This document shows, in pieces, positions 41,418 to 55,106 of a DNA stretch of 64,000 bases. The DNA is taken from IMG/VR virus record IMGVR_UViG_3300028735_000003, positions 186,001 to 250,000 of that record; one strand, 5' to 3'. Both the position numbers and the translations under genes were made by a program. The stretch's first letter is position 1. Each line of letters opens with the position of its first letter. Below the pieces are notes generated by a model that was not told the DNA's origin, searched no databases, and saw nothing but the letters and a program-made list of their open reading frames with translations.

Positions 41418-42752
41418 TCACTTAGATTGATTTCCAATTGGTGGACGTGGCGCGCTACGATCTCTAAAAACTTTTTCTGCCCAAGTACGTGTATCTGGTC
41501 CAGTAGCCCAACCCCAGGGGTGCCCAGGTTGTATACCTCTGGCAGCATCTTCTTGTCTAATTCTTTCAATATCTTGTTGCTGTACTACATGCGGTGTTAA
41601 TTGTTGGCTGGTCACACCAGGAGCTAAAGGTCCGCCAGTACTAAATTGTTCTTCATATCCAGTTAATGGTTGACCGCCAAAGTATGTACCATATGATATT
41701 GCACTATTAATTTGTTGCATAACATATCTAAGAAAACGTATTTTTGTATTTTTATCAATTTCATTCCTCTGATATCCGCCCCATCTTGTTATCATATCAA
41801 CAAGGACATCCGGTTTGATAAGTGCAGTTAATGGAAATTGATCTATTACTTTTGGAGTTCCATCAACATCGAATATAGTAATACGTGGAAGATACAACTC
41901 ATCAATATTCTTCATTAAATCCTGGTACTCACTAGTATCTCCTGCATCTTTTGTTTGTGTTGGTTGCTGTGTCCACAATGGAGTAGAATCATCAGTGAAT
42001 CTACGATATGCAGGATTTTTCGTTACACTATTTACAAAACCAAGGTAGAACCTTGTTAATTTATTAATGATAATTGTAAGCCTAGTAGCAAGTGAAGTCT
42101 TATCACTTGATGAAAGTTTCTTTAAATCATAGTTAGTAGGAATTAACCCTTTCATCGTTGTAGCATCATCTTTGGTAAAAATGTTTTTTACATAATCGGG
42201 GGCATCAAAATCTTCAGATGCTCTTATGATTGCATCACCAAAAGCATATAAATTACGCAAGGCATTTTGGGTTCTAAATCCCCAGATACCATCTACAAAT
42301 CTTTCTCTACCTCTGCCACCGATCCTAGCTATATTATCAACTACATTTTCCATCTGTATTAACTCATCATCGTACACTGGACTTTTAGTTTCTGCAGTAT
42401 CAGATCCTTTTGTTACAGCCCGCTCATTTCCACGTAAAGGAGAACTATTAAGATAGTGTAATGTTATGAAGTCATTAAATTGACGAAAATCTTGTGATGG
42501 TTGAGGCGTGGTGGGGGGCTGTATAGGTGTTGGTCTATTAATTCTAGGATCTCTTTTTATATGATAGTTAATCGCAGTACTGGCAAAAACCTGAATAGCA
42601 TTTTGCATTTCTTTTACTGCTGTAGTAGAAGGGTCAGCATGATAATTGGTCTTTGCAGAGTATGTTTGTGTAGGTCCAATGATCCTTGTACCACTAGGTG
42701 ATGGAACATCAGCCATCTTAGTAATCATGTCTATAATATCTTTGTGGTTCAT
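41418..42752 (-). CDS. Head-cluster protein with peptidoglycan-binding-like motif
   Basis: VDGIWGFRTQNAL resembles the PG_binding_1 DG.wG..T..AL motif; N-terminal TKMA. Confidence 0.5.
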   Translation of the reverse strand: MNHKDIIDMITKMADVPSPSGTRIIGPTQTYSAKTNYHADPSTTAVKEMQNAIQVFASTAINYHIKRDPRINRPTPIQPPTTPQPSQDFRQFNDFITLHYLNSSPLRGNERAVTKGSDTAETKSPVYDDELIQMENVVDNIARIGGRGRERFVDGIWGFRTQNALRNLYAFGDAIIRASEDFDAPDYVKNIFTKDDATTMKGLIPTNYDLKKLSSSDKTSLATRLTIIINKLTRFYLGFVNSVTKNPAYRRFTDDSTPLWTQQPTQTKDAGDTSEYQDLMKNIDELYLPRITIFDVDGTPKVIDQFPLTALIKPDVLVDMITRWGGYQRNEIDKNTKIRFLRYVMQQINSAISYGTYFGGQPLTGYEEQFSTGGPLAPGVTSQQLTPHVVQQQDIERIRQEDAARGIQPGHPWGWATGPDTRTWAEKVFRDRSAPRPPIGNQSK

Positions 42753-43963
42753 TATCTAATCCATTTGTTATAGAAATCTTTAACGTCGTACTCAATAACA
42801 TTTAGCTCATCGTCAATATCGTCAATTTCTGTATTATTTTGCTGCTTTGCATCCAGTCTTTTATCTAAAAGACTTAACTGACCAATTTTTTCATTAATAA
42901 AGTCGGTGCCAGTAATTATATCTTCTGGTTTCTGATACGTATTAACAGTTGATTTATATGATTTTAATTTGTTTATTAAATCATTAATCTTTTGTTTTAG
43001 TTTATCTTTATTAAGATTAATTTCTTGTTCTGGTAAATCAAATTGTCTTTGTGCAGGTTGAGGAGTAGGTTGAGGAGTAGGTTGAGGAGTAGGTTGAGGA
43101 GTAGGTTGAGGAGTAGGTTGAGAATTAGGTTGAGAATTAGGTTGAGGGTTAGTCACAATACCCAATTCATTATATATATTTTGTTTATCAATCTCATCGA
43201 TTCTTTTCTGTAACACTATGGAATCATCTAGTAAATTCTTGCTAACTTCTGGCAAACTTTGTATTTTCATCCAAGTACTTTCACTAACGCCAAAACCATA
43301 CCATGATGGCTCTGCCGCTTGTTTTAAGTCATCAATTACATCTTTGGCTTGACGCATTCTTTGTATATTTGGATCAGTTAGCAAATCACTAAGATATTTG
43401 GTGCCAATATTTCTTACTAAGTCTTTGTTCGCTTCCTCAACAAATTTTTGCATAATCATAATAACACGCCTTAATTTATTACTAATTTCATTTATCAAAG
43501 CGGTTTTATCATCTTGCCCCAAAGATACTTTTACGGCATTAATAATGCTTCTTGCAGTTGTTAATTTACCAGTAGGCTTTTTATTGACCATTTGCATCAT
43601 CTTAAGATGCTGATCCACGATTGTTTCAATAATGGCATCACCATGTACGCCATCTAATTTATGGCTTCCGTTTGGGTGTGCTTCTTGAACTGCTTTACTA
43701 TCACATTCTATAGCAGCTTTTTTATACAAAATGAAATTATACTCTAATTCTTCAGCATATTTAGCCATCCCAGATTCACGCAATCCAGCACATAATTTCA
43801 TTATATTTTCAGACAAATTTTTGGTTGGTCTCAAATCCAATTTTGGTTTTCTAGTAGCAACTTTCTTTAATGGATCCTCCTTTATTAATCCCTTATCTTT
43901 AGCTAATTTTGCCAAAGAACGCATTGTCTCAGATTCTTCAAAATTTATGTGCTTAAAAGTCAT
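42752..43963 (-). CDS. Head-cluster protein, N-terminal region similar to 37196-38578
   Basis: AKLA, KKVA, AKYA, YKKA; EAHP module; QPTP repeats. Confidence 0.6.
   Translation of the reverse strand: MTFKHINFEESETMRSLAKLAKDKGLIKEDPLKKVATRKPKLDLRPTKNLSENIMKLCAGLRESGMAKYAEELEYNFILYKKAAIECDSKAVQEAHPNGSHKLDGVHGDAIIETIVDQHLKMMQMVNKKPTGKLTTARSIINAVKVSLGQDDKTALINEISNKLRRVIMIMQKFVEEANKDLVRNIGTKYLSDLLTDPNIQRMRQAKDVIDDLKQAAEPSWYGFGVSESTWMKIQSLPEVSKNLLDDSIVLQKRIDEIDKQNIYNELGIVTNPQPNSQPNSQPTPQPTPQPTPQPTPQPTPQPAQRQFDLPEQEINLNKDKLKQKINDLINKLKSYKSTVNTYQKPEDIITGTDFINEKIGQLSLLDKRLDAKQQNNTEIDDIDDELNVIEYDVKDFYNKWIR
43055..43148. repeat. 12-nt coding tandem repeat (AGGTTGAGGAGT) encoding QPTP/QPNS
   Basis: Seen directly. 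Confidence 0.85.
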
Positions 43964-44093
43964 GTTGCCTCGAATACATCAATTTGATCTATAATATGCA
44001 TAATTATAGCATACTTATACTAAATAAAAAGATATGCAATAGTAAAATAAAAATTTATAATATTTATCTACCTGTTAAGTTAAAATTAAAGTT

Positions 44094-44783
44094 TTACCAC
44101 CACAAACATTCTATCATTGGGTTCATAGGAGTAGGTGGGGCAGTAACCATAGCAACAGCAGGATGTATAGCACTTGGTCTTCTAGTAGTTAAAAATCCAA
44201 GCTCACTAACATATAAATTAGCTCTAACTGGATATTGTTGATTAGTCTCATATTGATCTGTTTGAAAAAACATCCTATTAAACCAAACAGTCATTCTACC
44301 AGAACCTTGTGTGCTATCGTCGCCAGGAATATTTGGAACTTGATATGTATAATTTACAATTGTTCTAATAGCATTTGGTGTTCCGCTACCAGTTAAATCA
44401 AAATTCAATGCTGTACCAGCTAAAAATGTGATTATTCCATTTACAGGATTTAATACTACATTGACAGTGGAATTAAAGCTGGACGGTAAAATATTAGGTT
44501 TTTTTAATTCTGCTTTGATATCAATAGGAGTAATTAATTGCCCTCCAGGACCAGGAACTCCTGTAGCCGGAACTATTACCACTTCATTCCATGAAACGTT
44601 TGTAAATGCTTTAGTCTTAATATCATCAATTATTCCAAGTGGAGCAGTACCGTTGCTGACAGTTGCCATAACTTGGTTTCCAATAACTGTTAGTTCTGCA
44701 ATTTGACCTGGCTGAAATTCTGCTGACGGGTCACATATAAACGAAGCTGGTAAAGTATTTCCAACCTGAACAAGTCTTAGCAT
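44094..44783 (-). CDS. Putative capsid decoration-like protein (paralog of 36003-36668)
   Basis: MLRLVQ.G..LP start and DDSTQGSGRMTVW...TDQYET. Confidence 0.55.
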   Translation of the reverse strand: MLRLVQVGNTLPASFICDPSAEFQPGQIAELTVIGNQVMATVSNGTAPLGIIDDIKTKAFTNVSWNEVVIVPATGVPGPGGQLITPIDIKAELKKPNILPSSFNSTVNVVLNPVNGIITFLAGTALNFDLTGSGTPNAIRTIVNYTYQVPNIPGDDSTQGSGRMTVWFNRMFFQTDQYETNQQYPVRANLYVSELGFLTTRRPSAIHPAVAMVTAPPTPMNPMIECLWW

Positions 44784-44863
44784 TGCATTTCCTCTCTAAC
44801 CCCATAATATCTCTTCCATATAACATATAACCTAAATATGAAAGAATGAGTAGAAATGCAGGT

Positions 44864-45283
44864 TTAATCTATTTCATCTTCGAATGTCATTGTGGATTTA
44901 TTATCGATATCCTCAACTTCTAATTCATCTGAAATATCTGTATCTAATAAATCATCGGCAGCATTTCCATCATCGGAGAGATTAAAAACCGTACCATGAT
45001 TCAACAGATTCTTAATCATTTGATCTGAATTTTGCGGCTTATGTCTATCCGGAATAGCTCTAGGATCTCTGGGGCGGTAATGTTTCTTTGCAATTTTCAA
45101 TAATATTGTTAACAATTCATCTGCATTACGATGCATGCCCGTTTCATCTAGAATATCTATTGCAGACCCAATATAATCTACGGCTTTATCCAATGAGTGC
45201 ATACCTTCTTCAACTTCTGCTTCTGCAAGTTTGAGCTGCATGTTATGGATTATCTCATTTTCTGATATAGATTTTTTAATCAT
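44864..45283 (-). CDS. Acidic head-cluster protein
   Basis: Shares KAVDY...A..ILD..G....A motif with the upstream gene; LKIA. Confidence 0.6.
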   Translation of the reverse strand: MIKKSISENEIIHNMQLKLAEAEVEEGMHSLDKAVDYIGSAIDILDETGMHRNADELLTILLKIAKKHYRPRDPRAIPDRHKPQNSDQMIKNLLNHGTVFNLSDDGNAADDLLDTDISDELEVEDIDNKSTMTFEDEID

Positions 45284-46068
45284 TTTTTTAATTTATTTTC
45301 TAGCTTGGCGAGCTCTTTATAATAATCTGACTTGATCTTACCTTTTTGTGATTTTCTGGTTTCAACCATATGATCCATAGCAATTTCTTTGGCTTTTTTA
45401 GGATCAGTAGTATGTTCCATTTCTACTTTTTCACCAGCCTCTAGTTCTTCTGTATCAAATTGATCTGGTCTATAATTATCTGCAACACCGCCAGAAATTT
45501 CATCTTCCCATTCTTCTGATGCAAACTTTGAGAACAAACTAAGTGCTTTCAACGCCGTCATAAGTCGGCTATTAAATTCATTTTTTAAGTGATCTAACAC
45601 TTCAGGATCACGAACATCTATCTTTTTTAACTCATTTTTAAGAGTTTTGAAAAAGCCCTGTTGTTTTGTTCCTTTAGCTAAATCGTATAATTTTCTTAAT
45701 ACAGCAATTTGCACACCTATTGGCGATGACCAAAATACGTTCTCAAGGTCTTTTGAAGTTACATTAGTAGATTTGATCTGTTTAATTATCTCAGAAATAT
45801 TGTCTTCTGATATATAGTCTTCTGACACATAGTCTGATTCTTGAGGATCAGTTTGATCTCCTTCAGGTGATATATCCTCAATAACCTCAGTAACCTCTTC
45901 AGCCTCTTTATATAAACCAACTTGTTCAAATATAGCTGCCGCAGCACTGAGATAATCAATTGCTTTTGCTAATTTATTGAAATTGTATTTATTTTCAATT
46001 TGATTGGAAACAAGCTGCTTTTCCATAGAGTGCATCAATTCACTCTCAATGCTGCCACTCTTGAACAT
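45280..46068 (-). CDS. Head-cluster protein with C-terminal DUF5661-like domain
   Basis: GG.AD...G.KVEMEHT.D...AKEIAMDH..E...YY follows SKFA. Confidence 0.6.
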   Translation of the reverse strand: MFKSGSIESELMHSMEKQLVSNQIENKYNFNKLAKAIDYLSAAAAIFEQVGLYKEAEEVTEVIEDISPEGDQTDPQESDYVSEDYISEDNISEIIKQIKSTNVTSKDLENVFWSSPIGVQIAVLRKLYDLAKGTKQQGFFKTLKNELKKIDVRDPEVLDHLKNEFNSRLMTALKALSLFSKFASEEWEDEISGGVADNYRPDQFDTEELEAGEKVEMEHTTDPKKAKEIAMDHMVETRKSQKGKIKSDYYKELAKLENKLKK

Positions 46069-46082
46069 TTTAATTCCTTAAT

Positions 46083-46826
46083 TTAATATTTCCTTGTTGG
46101 TTTCTTGCTAGAAGAAGTAGATTTGCTTGAATCCGTCTTGCTAAAAGAAGTAGATTTGCTTGAACTAGGCTTGTCAGAAATTGACTTACTATAACCCGGT
46201 TTGCTTGTACTTGTCATCTTCTTATATTTTGCGCTATTTGTATAACTCTTAGATTTATTAGAGTCCTTATTGCAAGGCTTTTTCTTACAATTAGTGTATT
46301 TATTCTTAGCAGTTTGCTTTTCTTTCTTTTTCGTCTTCTTTGCTTCGACGATCAAGGAGGCTAACTTAAGACTTACACTGGAACTCTTTTCCATGCCCAA
46401 TGAATCAAGGGCTGCAGAAGCGGTTAGCAAACTATCAATGGCGATATCATATGCTGCGGAGACATTATATAAACTGTCAATATCGCTTGTACTTGATGTA
46501 TCAGTAGAATCAGAAGTATATTCGTTAGAATCAGAAGTATATTCATCACTATCAAAATCTTCTATATCATTTTCACTACTCATATCACTACTCATATCAC
46601 TACTCATATCACTACTCATATCACCACTGTAATCATCTTCATCACTTGTGTCACTACTAGATACACTAGAGTCATATACTGACATGGAACAACTATCACT
46701 ATCTTCTTTTTCACTCATATCCGATGCAAACTTATATGTTGTGCCGAATAGTTTTTTATGTTGTTGACTTTTTAGTACTGCATCCATTGTTGCAGCAACG
46801 AAATCTGATACGTTTTTGTTATTCAT
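46083..46826 (-). CDS. Ser/Asp-rich then Lys-rich head-cluster protein
   Basis: YKFA followed by an acidic SSDM repeat region; LKLA followed by a basic tail. Confidence 0.6.
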   Translation of the reverse strand: MNNKNVSDFVAATMDAVLKSQQHKKLFGTTYKFASDMSEKEDSDSCSMSVYDSSVSSSDTSDEDDYSGDMSSDMSSDMSSDMSSENDIEDFDSDEYTSDSNEYTSDSTDTSSTSDIDSLYNVSAAYDIAIDSLLTASAALDSLGMEKSSSVSLKLASLIVEAKKTKKKEKQTAKNKYTNCKKKPCNKDSNKSKSYTNSAKYKKMTSTSKPGYSKSISDKPSSSKSTSFSKTDSSKSTSSSKKPTRKY

Positions 46827-46850
46827 AGTATCCTCTATTAGTTAGTTATC

Positions 46851-50504
<3,654 letters not shown>

Positions 50505-50505
50505 C

Positions 50506-50670
50506 TTATCTCCCAGTAGTATCTTCCTGCGACTTAGAACCAAGTTTGCTATTTTCAGAAGACTTTTTTGCCTTCTTAACTAAGTTCTTAAGATTATTCT
50601 TCTGTTCCTCAGTTAATTCATCGTCATCTAGAACAGATACTATTTTGCCATCACCATGTTTTACAAACAT
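50506..50670 (-). CDS. Small unannotated protein (54 aa, MFVKHGDGKIVSVLDDDELTEEQK...)
   Basis: GGAG RBS, ATG 50670; TAA ends 1 nt before the protease ATG. Confidence 0.65.
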   Translation of the reverse strand: MFVKHGDGKIVSVLDDDELTEEQKNNLKNLVKKAKKSSENSKLGSKSQEDTTGR

Positions 50671-50784
50671 TTTATGCTCTCCAATGCGGGAGAATCTACA
50701 TATAGACTACAATCGTAATAAATTATTGCTACTTTTGTAACGCTATATGAATATAACATTATTACCATCTTATTGGCAAAATTA

Positions 50785-51432
50785 TTACGACGACTGCAAT
50801 CTATTCTTTAATTCTTGATTTAATTGTTCTTGCCTTTGGTTAAAAAGATCCACTATTAATGGCGTTTTCTTCTCTATTTTTGTTTGAAGCTCGGAACTAA
50901 TCGAATCAACCCAATTATTAGCTAAAATATTGGTTCTTATATGATCAATGATTCTATCATCGGCAATTTCATCTATTTCTTCACATTGCTTTTGTATCGC
51001 TTCAATAGCAGCAACTACGTTTTTAGAAAAGTCTTGGTCGTCAAGACTATCAAATAATTTAACAAAATCATTTACTTTGTTTTCAAGATCATTTATTGAA
51101 TTTATAAATGATTTCATAAGTTTAATTGTTTGAGTGTCAGACATAAATATCTGCATTGACTTAACGCATTTAAAAGAAGCTATTTTAAAATTGTTGAAAT
51201 TCTTTACAGCCTGGTCTCTAAACCTTCTAACAGCAGCGCGAGCCTTTATGACTGATTCTGGAGTTATATCATTATTTTCTTTGAATGGCGTCTTCATAAT
51301 ATTTAGATGATCAGATGCTAATGCTAAAAGTTTAATAGCAGAATTGAAATATATGATAGCTCTTTCTGCCTCTTGTTTTTCAGCATCAGATACATCATAC
51401 GTCATTTGTACGGAATAAGCTCGTTTAATCAT
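50785..51432 (-). CDS. Helical head-cluster protein
   Basis: 215 aa, begins MIKRA. Confidence 0.65.
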   Translation of the reverse strand: MIKRAYSVQMTYDVSDAEKQEAERAIIYFNSAIKLLALASDHLNIMKTPFKENNDITPESVIKARAAVRRFRDQAVKNFNNFKIASFKCVKSMQIFMSDTQTIKLMKSFINSINDLENKVNDFVKLFDSLDDQDFSKNVVAAIEAIQKQCEEIDEIADDRIIDHIRTNILANNWVDSISSELQTKIEKKTPLIVDLFNQRQEQLNQELKNRLQSS

Positions 51433-51604
51433 AATATACTGCTATCTAAAACTTTTCATAAACCTGATATTTTCTATCCAAATGGAATACCGAATTATTA
51501 TATAATAACTTACAAATTTTTGAAACTATTTGCAATATTTGCAACAATTATCTTATTTCTATCGCTAAAAAGAATATATAGCAGACTATTAATATATAAG
51601 GCTT

Positions 51605-52357
51605 TTATTCGTAAAAGAATCCGTTCATTGATTCGGTGGGACCAAACCCGCGCACACCCGCATCATTATTAAATAAACCAACGAGTGGTACTACATCCTC
51701 TTCTTTTTTATTATATTCTTTTGTTGCCTTATAGTTTTCTCTGGTAGGAGATTGTTCTAAATAAGAGTTGTATACTGAATCATAAGGATATGTCTTTGTT
51801 TGATCCAAATATGGAGCAAAAGAACCTTGAGGTCCACTCTCTAAAATTGAACCACGATTATCATCTATATAATCACGTTCTTGAGACACTATATCAGTAT
51901 TTTCAGAATATTTAATCGGCTTACAGGCTATTATCAAACTTTCATACAGATTAGTTATCATTGGCGGCATACCAAGACCAAATCCTAATGATTTTGCTTC
52001 AGCTATAGCTCTATCTGGATCCTCATTAAAATACTTGCACTTAATTATAGCTGAAACAAGACCAGTTCTATCTTTCCCCTCACGGCAGTGTATAAATGTA
52101 GGTCCACCCTCTAAAAACAACTTTTTGAAATCATGCATAAATAAATTCATTAATGATGCTCTTCCTTCTATTGGCATCATAACATGATTAATGCCAAGAT
52201 GTTTCGCTATGTTATGAATTCTATCACCTGACTCTTTATCTAAACTCACAATTTTATTAATACCCAATTTATTTTTTAAGTTAACAACATCAACCGGAGA
52301 AGGAGCACTTCCCCTATATAAATCTTTGGCTACTTTTCTAAACCTACGTATCATCAC
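51605..52357 (-). CDS. Protein-tyrosine/dual-specificity phosphatase family protein
   Basis: LYRGSAP and FIHCREGKDRTG (HCX5R P-loop). Confidence 0.9.
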   Translation of the reverse strand: MMIRRFRKVAKDLYRGSAPSPVDVVNLKNKLGINKIVSLDKESGDRIHNIAKHLGINHVMMPIEGRASLMNLFMHDFKKLFLEGGPTFIHCREGKDRTGLVSAIIKCKYFNEDPDRAIAEAKSLGFGLGMPPMITNLYESLIIACKPIKYSENTDIVSQERDYIDDNRGSILESGPQGSFAPYLDQTKTYPYDSVYNSYLEQSPTRENYKATKEYNKKEEDVVPLVGLFNNDAGVRGFGPTESMNGFFYE

Positions 52358-53100
52358 AAGTTCCTAACTATATTATTAATTACTTCCCGGATATACATAG
52401 CATTATGATTGAATAATACGTGTTTCACGAACGTTATAGATTGCCCTATAGCCGATGACGGAGGGAGATCTTTAGTTGAAAGATCTGTCTCATTTAGTGC
52501 GTATATTTTTCTTTTAAGACTGTTTATTGCAGAAGGTCTCTTCTCTGGTTCAATTCTGCTCAATGTAAATCTAATGATATCAGCCATATATTTTCCAACT
52601 AACCTTGGATCGCCTAACTCTGTAGCCGCTGCATTTTTTATAAGATCAGGATTCATTTTTATCTTGTGATGTCTATTAAAAATGATTAGCGCATTTTTCA
52701 TAGCTACAGAATCTGCTTTCTGTAGCCCATCTCTGATAGCTTTGTTAAATTGATTGTTGTATATTTGCAAAAATAGACGTACACATTCTTTTGGTGCATT
52801 TTTTCTCAATTGTCTTAGTAATGCAGAATAAGATAATTCATCAACTTCACTTAAATCTATAATTTGTTTAGCCTTTTCTTCAGCTTGGTTGTTGTCGTCT
52901 AAATGTTTGAAGAATTCTACCTGCTTTAATCTCTTTTTTGCAGCATCTTTAGATTTATATGTACCTAAGTTTTTACCCCTTTCAGACATAACACGATATT
53001 TACCGTTCGGTAATTTTCTAATAATAGCTACCTTCATGAAATAATTGGTACATATTTCATCATAATCGCTAGCTAGTTTTATGACATCATCATATGGCAT
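52354..53100 (-). CDS. Head-cluster hypothetical protein
   Basis: IKLA, MKVA, IKNA motifs; small KNLGTY...A.KRL.QVEFFK domain. Confidence 0.65.
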   Translation of the reverse strand: MPYDDVIKLASDYDEICTNYFMKVAIIRKLPNGKYRVMSERGKNLGTYKSKDAAKKRLKQVEFFKHLDDNNQAEEKAKQIIDLSEVDELSYSALLRQLRKNAPKECVRLFLQIYNNQFNKAIRDGLQKADSVAMKNALIIFNRHHKIKMNPDLIKNAAATELGDPRLVGKYMADIIRFTLSRIEPEKRPSAINSLKRKIYALNETDLSTKDLPPSSAIGQSITFVKHVLFNHNAMYIREVINNIVRNL

Positions 53101-53105
53101 TTCTA

Positions 53106-53513
53106 TTATTCTTTGTTAGTTAAGTCTTTAAGTAACTTCGCCTCACGGCTTCTTAAAAAGATATCATCTAAAATACCATTTCCATCAACTTCGCATAATC
53201 CTCTTACAGACCTCTCGCTAATAAAAATCTGTTTTCCAATCTTATGCACATTATTAGTTCTGTCTATATAAGCTCCTTCCATAACTAAACATTCTTTGTA
53301 AGCAGCTATTACTTTACCGGAAAATACAGCAGCATATGGTGTAGAAACCTGCTCTGTACTAACATTCTCATAAGAATCCCCCAAATACACTTCTACATAT
53401 TTGTCTTTGAAAAGCTCATACCAAAACTCTGCCATAGTAGAATAATAGCCCTTTTGTGCATTTTCTGCCTTCAGTTTTTCTATTGCTTTTTCTAGGTCAT
53501 CATGTTTTATCAT
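53106..53513 (-). CDS. Hypothetical protein, tandem paralog B
   Basis: Shares EVYLGD.YE, AVFSGKVI.AY.ECL, GKQIFISER..RGLCEVDGNGI with the neighbour. Confidence 0.75.
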   Translation of the reverse strand: MIKHDDLEKAIEKLKAENAQKGYYSTMAEFWYELFKDKYVEVYLGDSYENVSTEQVSTPYAAVFSGKVIAAYKECLVMEGAYIDRTNNVHKIGKQIFISERSVRGLCEVDGNGILDDIFLRSREAKLLKDLTNKE

Positions 53514-53935
53514 TGTTTATCTCCAGAAGAACCTAAAACTTTTAATGCAATAGTTTCACCACTTCTGATAAAAATATCATCTATAATACCGTTTCCGTCA
53601 ACTTCGCATAACCCCCTAATAGCCCTTTCACTAATAAAAATCTGTTTTCCTGGTTTAAATGACAAATGATTTTCTGTTTTAGTTTGTCTATGGCGTCTAT
53701 CTATATATGATCCTTCAATTATTAAACATTCTCTATATGCCCCAATTACTTTGCCAGAGAACACAGCAGGATAAGTAATAGAAATTTGTTCTACGCGCAC
53801 TTCTTCATACGTATCGCCCAAATAAACCTCAATGAATTTCCCTTTAAATAAGGCATATAAAAATTCTGCGACAGTAGCTTTCCTATCTGTATTCAGATCT
53901 GCAACTACTTTAGTTATTTCTTCACGAGGTATCAT
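53510..53935 (-). CDS. Hypothetical protein, tandem paralog A
   Basis: As above; ATGA overlap. Confidence 0.75.
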   Translation of the reverse strand: MIPREEITKVVADLNTDRKATVAEFLYALFKGKFIEVYLGDTYEEVRVEQISITYPAVFSGKVIGAYRECLIIEGSYIDRRHRQTKTENHLSFKPGKQIFISERAIRGLCEVDGNGIIDDIFIRSGETIALKVLGSSGDKQ

Positions 53936-53944
53936 TTCAATCCC

Positions 53945-55105
53945 TTATTTAGCAAATTTTAACAAAAACTTTCCGTAGTTTATTACGGATGATGTACTTG
54001 TCATTACTGAATAACATGACCTTTTATTAATAACTGCGCCGGCATTTATAGTAATACCGCCTATTTTTGATGTTGCTTGTCTGAAAACGTCAACTAATGA
54101 GCTAGTAAGTTGCTGAATTGTATCTCTACATAAATCTTTGGGACCCTGAATATCGCACTGGACCTCTATATTGGCTGAATCTGTATGTATACTTGCTCTA
54201 GCAACAAGTTCTTCACTTAATGCGGAACACAATATTCTAGCAAATTCTATTGCATCGGTCATGTCTGATGCTTGAATAGGAATAACAAAATGATGAGTTG
54301 GTAATAGAGCCTTATAGAATTGTTTATGATATTTTTCGGAACTTCTTATCTCTTGAAGTAGCTGGTCTACTTCGTCAACTATTGTCTGAATTTGTTTATT
54401 GGATTCTGGTCTAACGTTCGTTTGTGGCTTAATATATTGGGATAACAATTGCTCCCACTCATCTGACTTTTTATCAGGTTGTGTGGTGGAAGCCTGTTGA
54501 ACTTTTTTTGACCATGTTTTCACTCCAGCTAAATAAGATTCTACTGGGGCAGTAAAATATCCATTACGTTTTAGTTCAGTCACAAATCCAGTAATGTCTC
54601 CCTGTGCAGCCTTTTCAACTGCTGCTGGAAACTTCCTTTTCAACAAACTTGCCCAATCAGAAACACCATTATCTAATGTATCATAGGCTCTGAATAGACT
54701 ATTCAACCAATACTTGCGATTAGATTTATCATATTCATGAGCCAATAATATGATAACGTCTCCCTTCCAATATTGATTTGGCGCGCCTTTAGCATTAATA
54801 TTCCCGACGTTATTGTTGTGTAATGATTTAAATCCAGTCTCCATTCCCAATTGCCCCATAAGAATATCAACTGCAACATCAAGATTATTTTGCACACCCA
54901 AAATATTTTTAGCTGCCTTTTCAACGGCAGATCTGATCGTAGTAATGTCTGGAGGGTTTGTAGTTACTTTAACTATATTCCAACCATTTTGGTTTGCACG
55001 ATCAATTGCATCTTGTTCAGTATTTCGCACATCCTTATCAGAAGCGTCTTTAGCGCTTTTTTCAAAACGCTCATTGTAGTATCTTGAAAAATCTAATTTA
55101 GACAT
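53945..55105 (-). CDS. Glucosaminidase/FlgJ-like (GH73-like) peptidoglycan hydrolase domain protein
   Basis: GQLGMETG, NNVGNI, FRAYDT..G..DW..LL, L...GYFTAP motifs; EKSA leader. Confidence 0.75.
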   Translation of the reverse strand: MSKLDFSRYYNERFEKSAKDASDKDVRNTEQDAIDRANQNGWNIVKVTTNPPDITTIRSAVEKAAKNILGVQNNLDVAVDILMGQLGMETGFKSLHNNNVGNINAKGAPNQYWKGDVIILLAHEYDKSNRKYWLNSLFRAYDTLDNGVSDWASLLKRKFPAAVEKAAQGDITGFVTELKRNGYFTAPVESYLAGVKTWSKKVQQASTTQPDKKSDEWEQLLSQYIKPQTNVRPESNKQIQTIVDEVDQLLQEIRSSEKYHKQFYKALLPTHHFVIPIQASDMTDAIEFARILCSALSEELVARASIHTDSANIEVQCDIQGPKDLCRDTIQQLTSSLVDVFRQATSKIGGITINAGAVINKRSCYSVMTSTSSVINYGKFLLKFAK

Positions 55106-55106
55106 A

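Noticed and set aside
41411-41569. Apparent 150-nt overlap between ORFs 39740-41569 and 41418-42752
   Set aside because: An ATG at 41410 just after the upstream stop removes the overlap.
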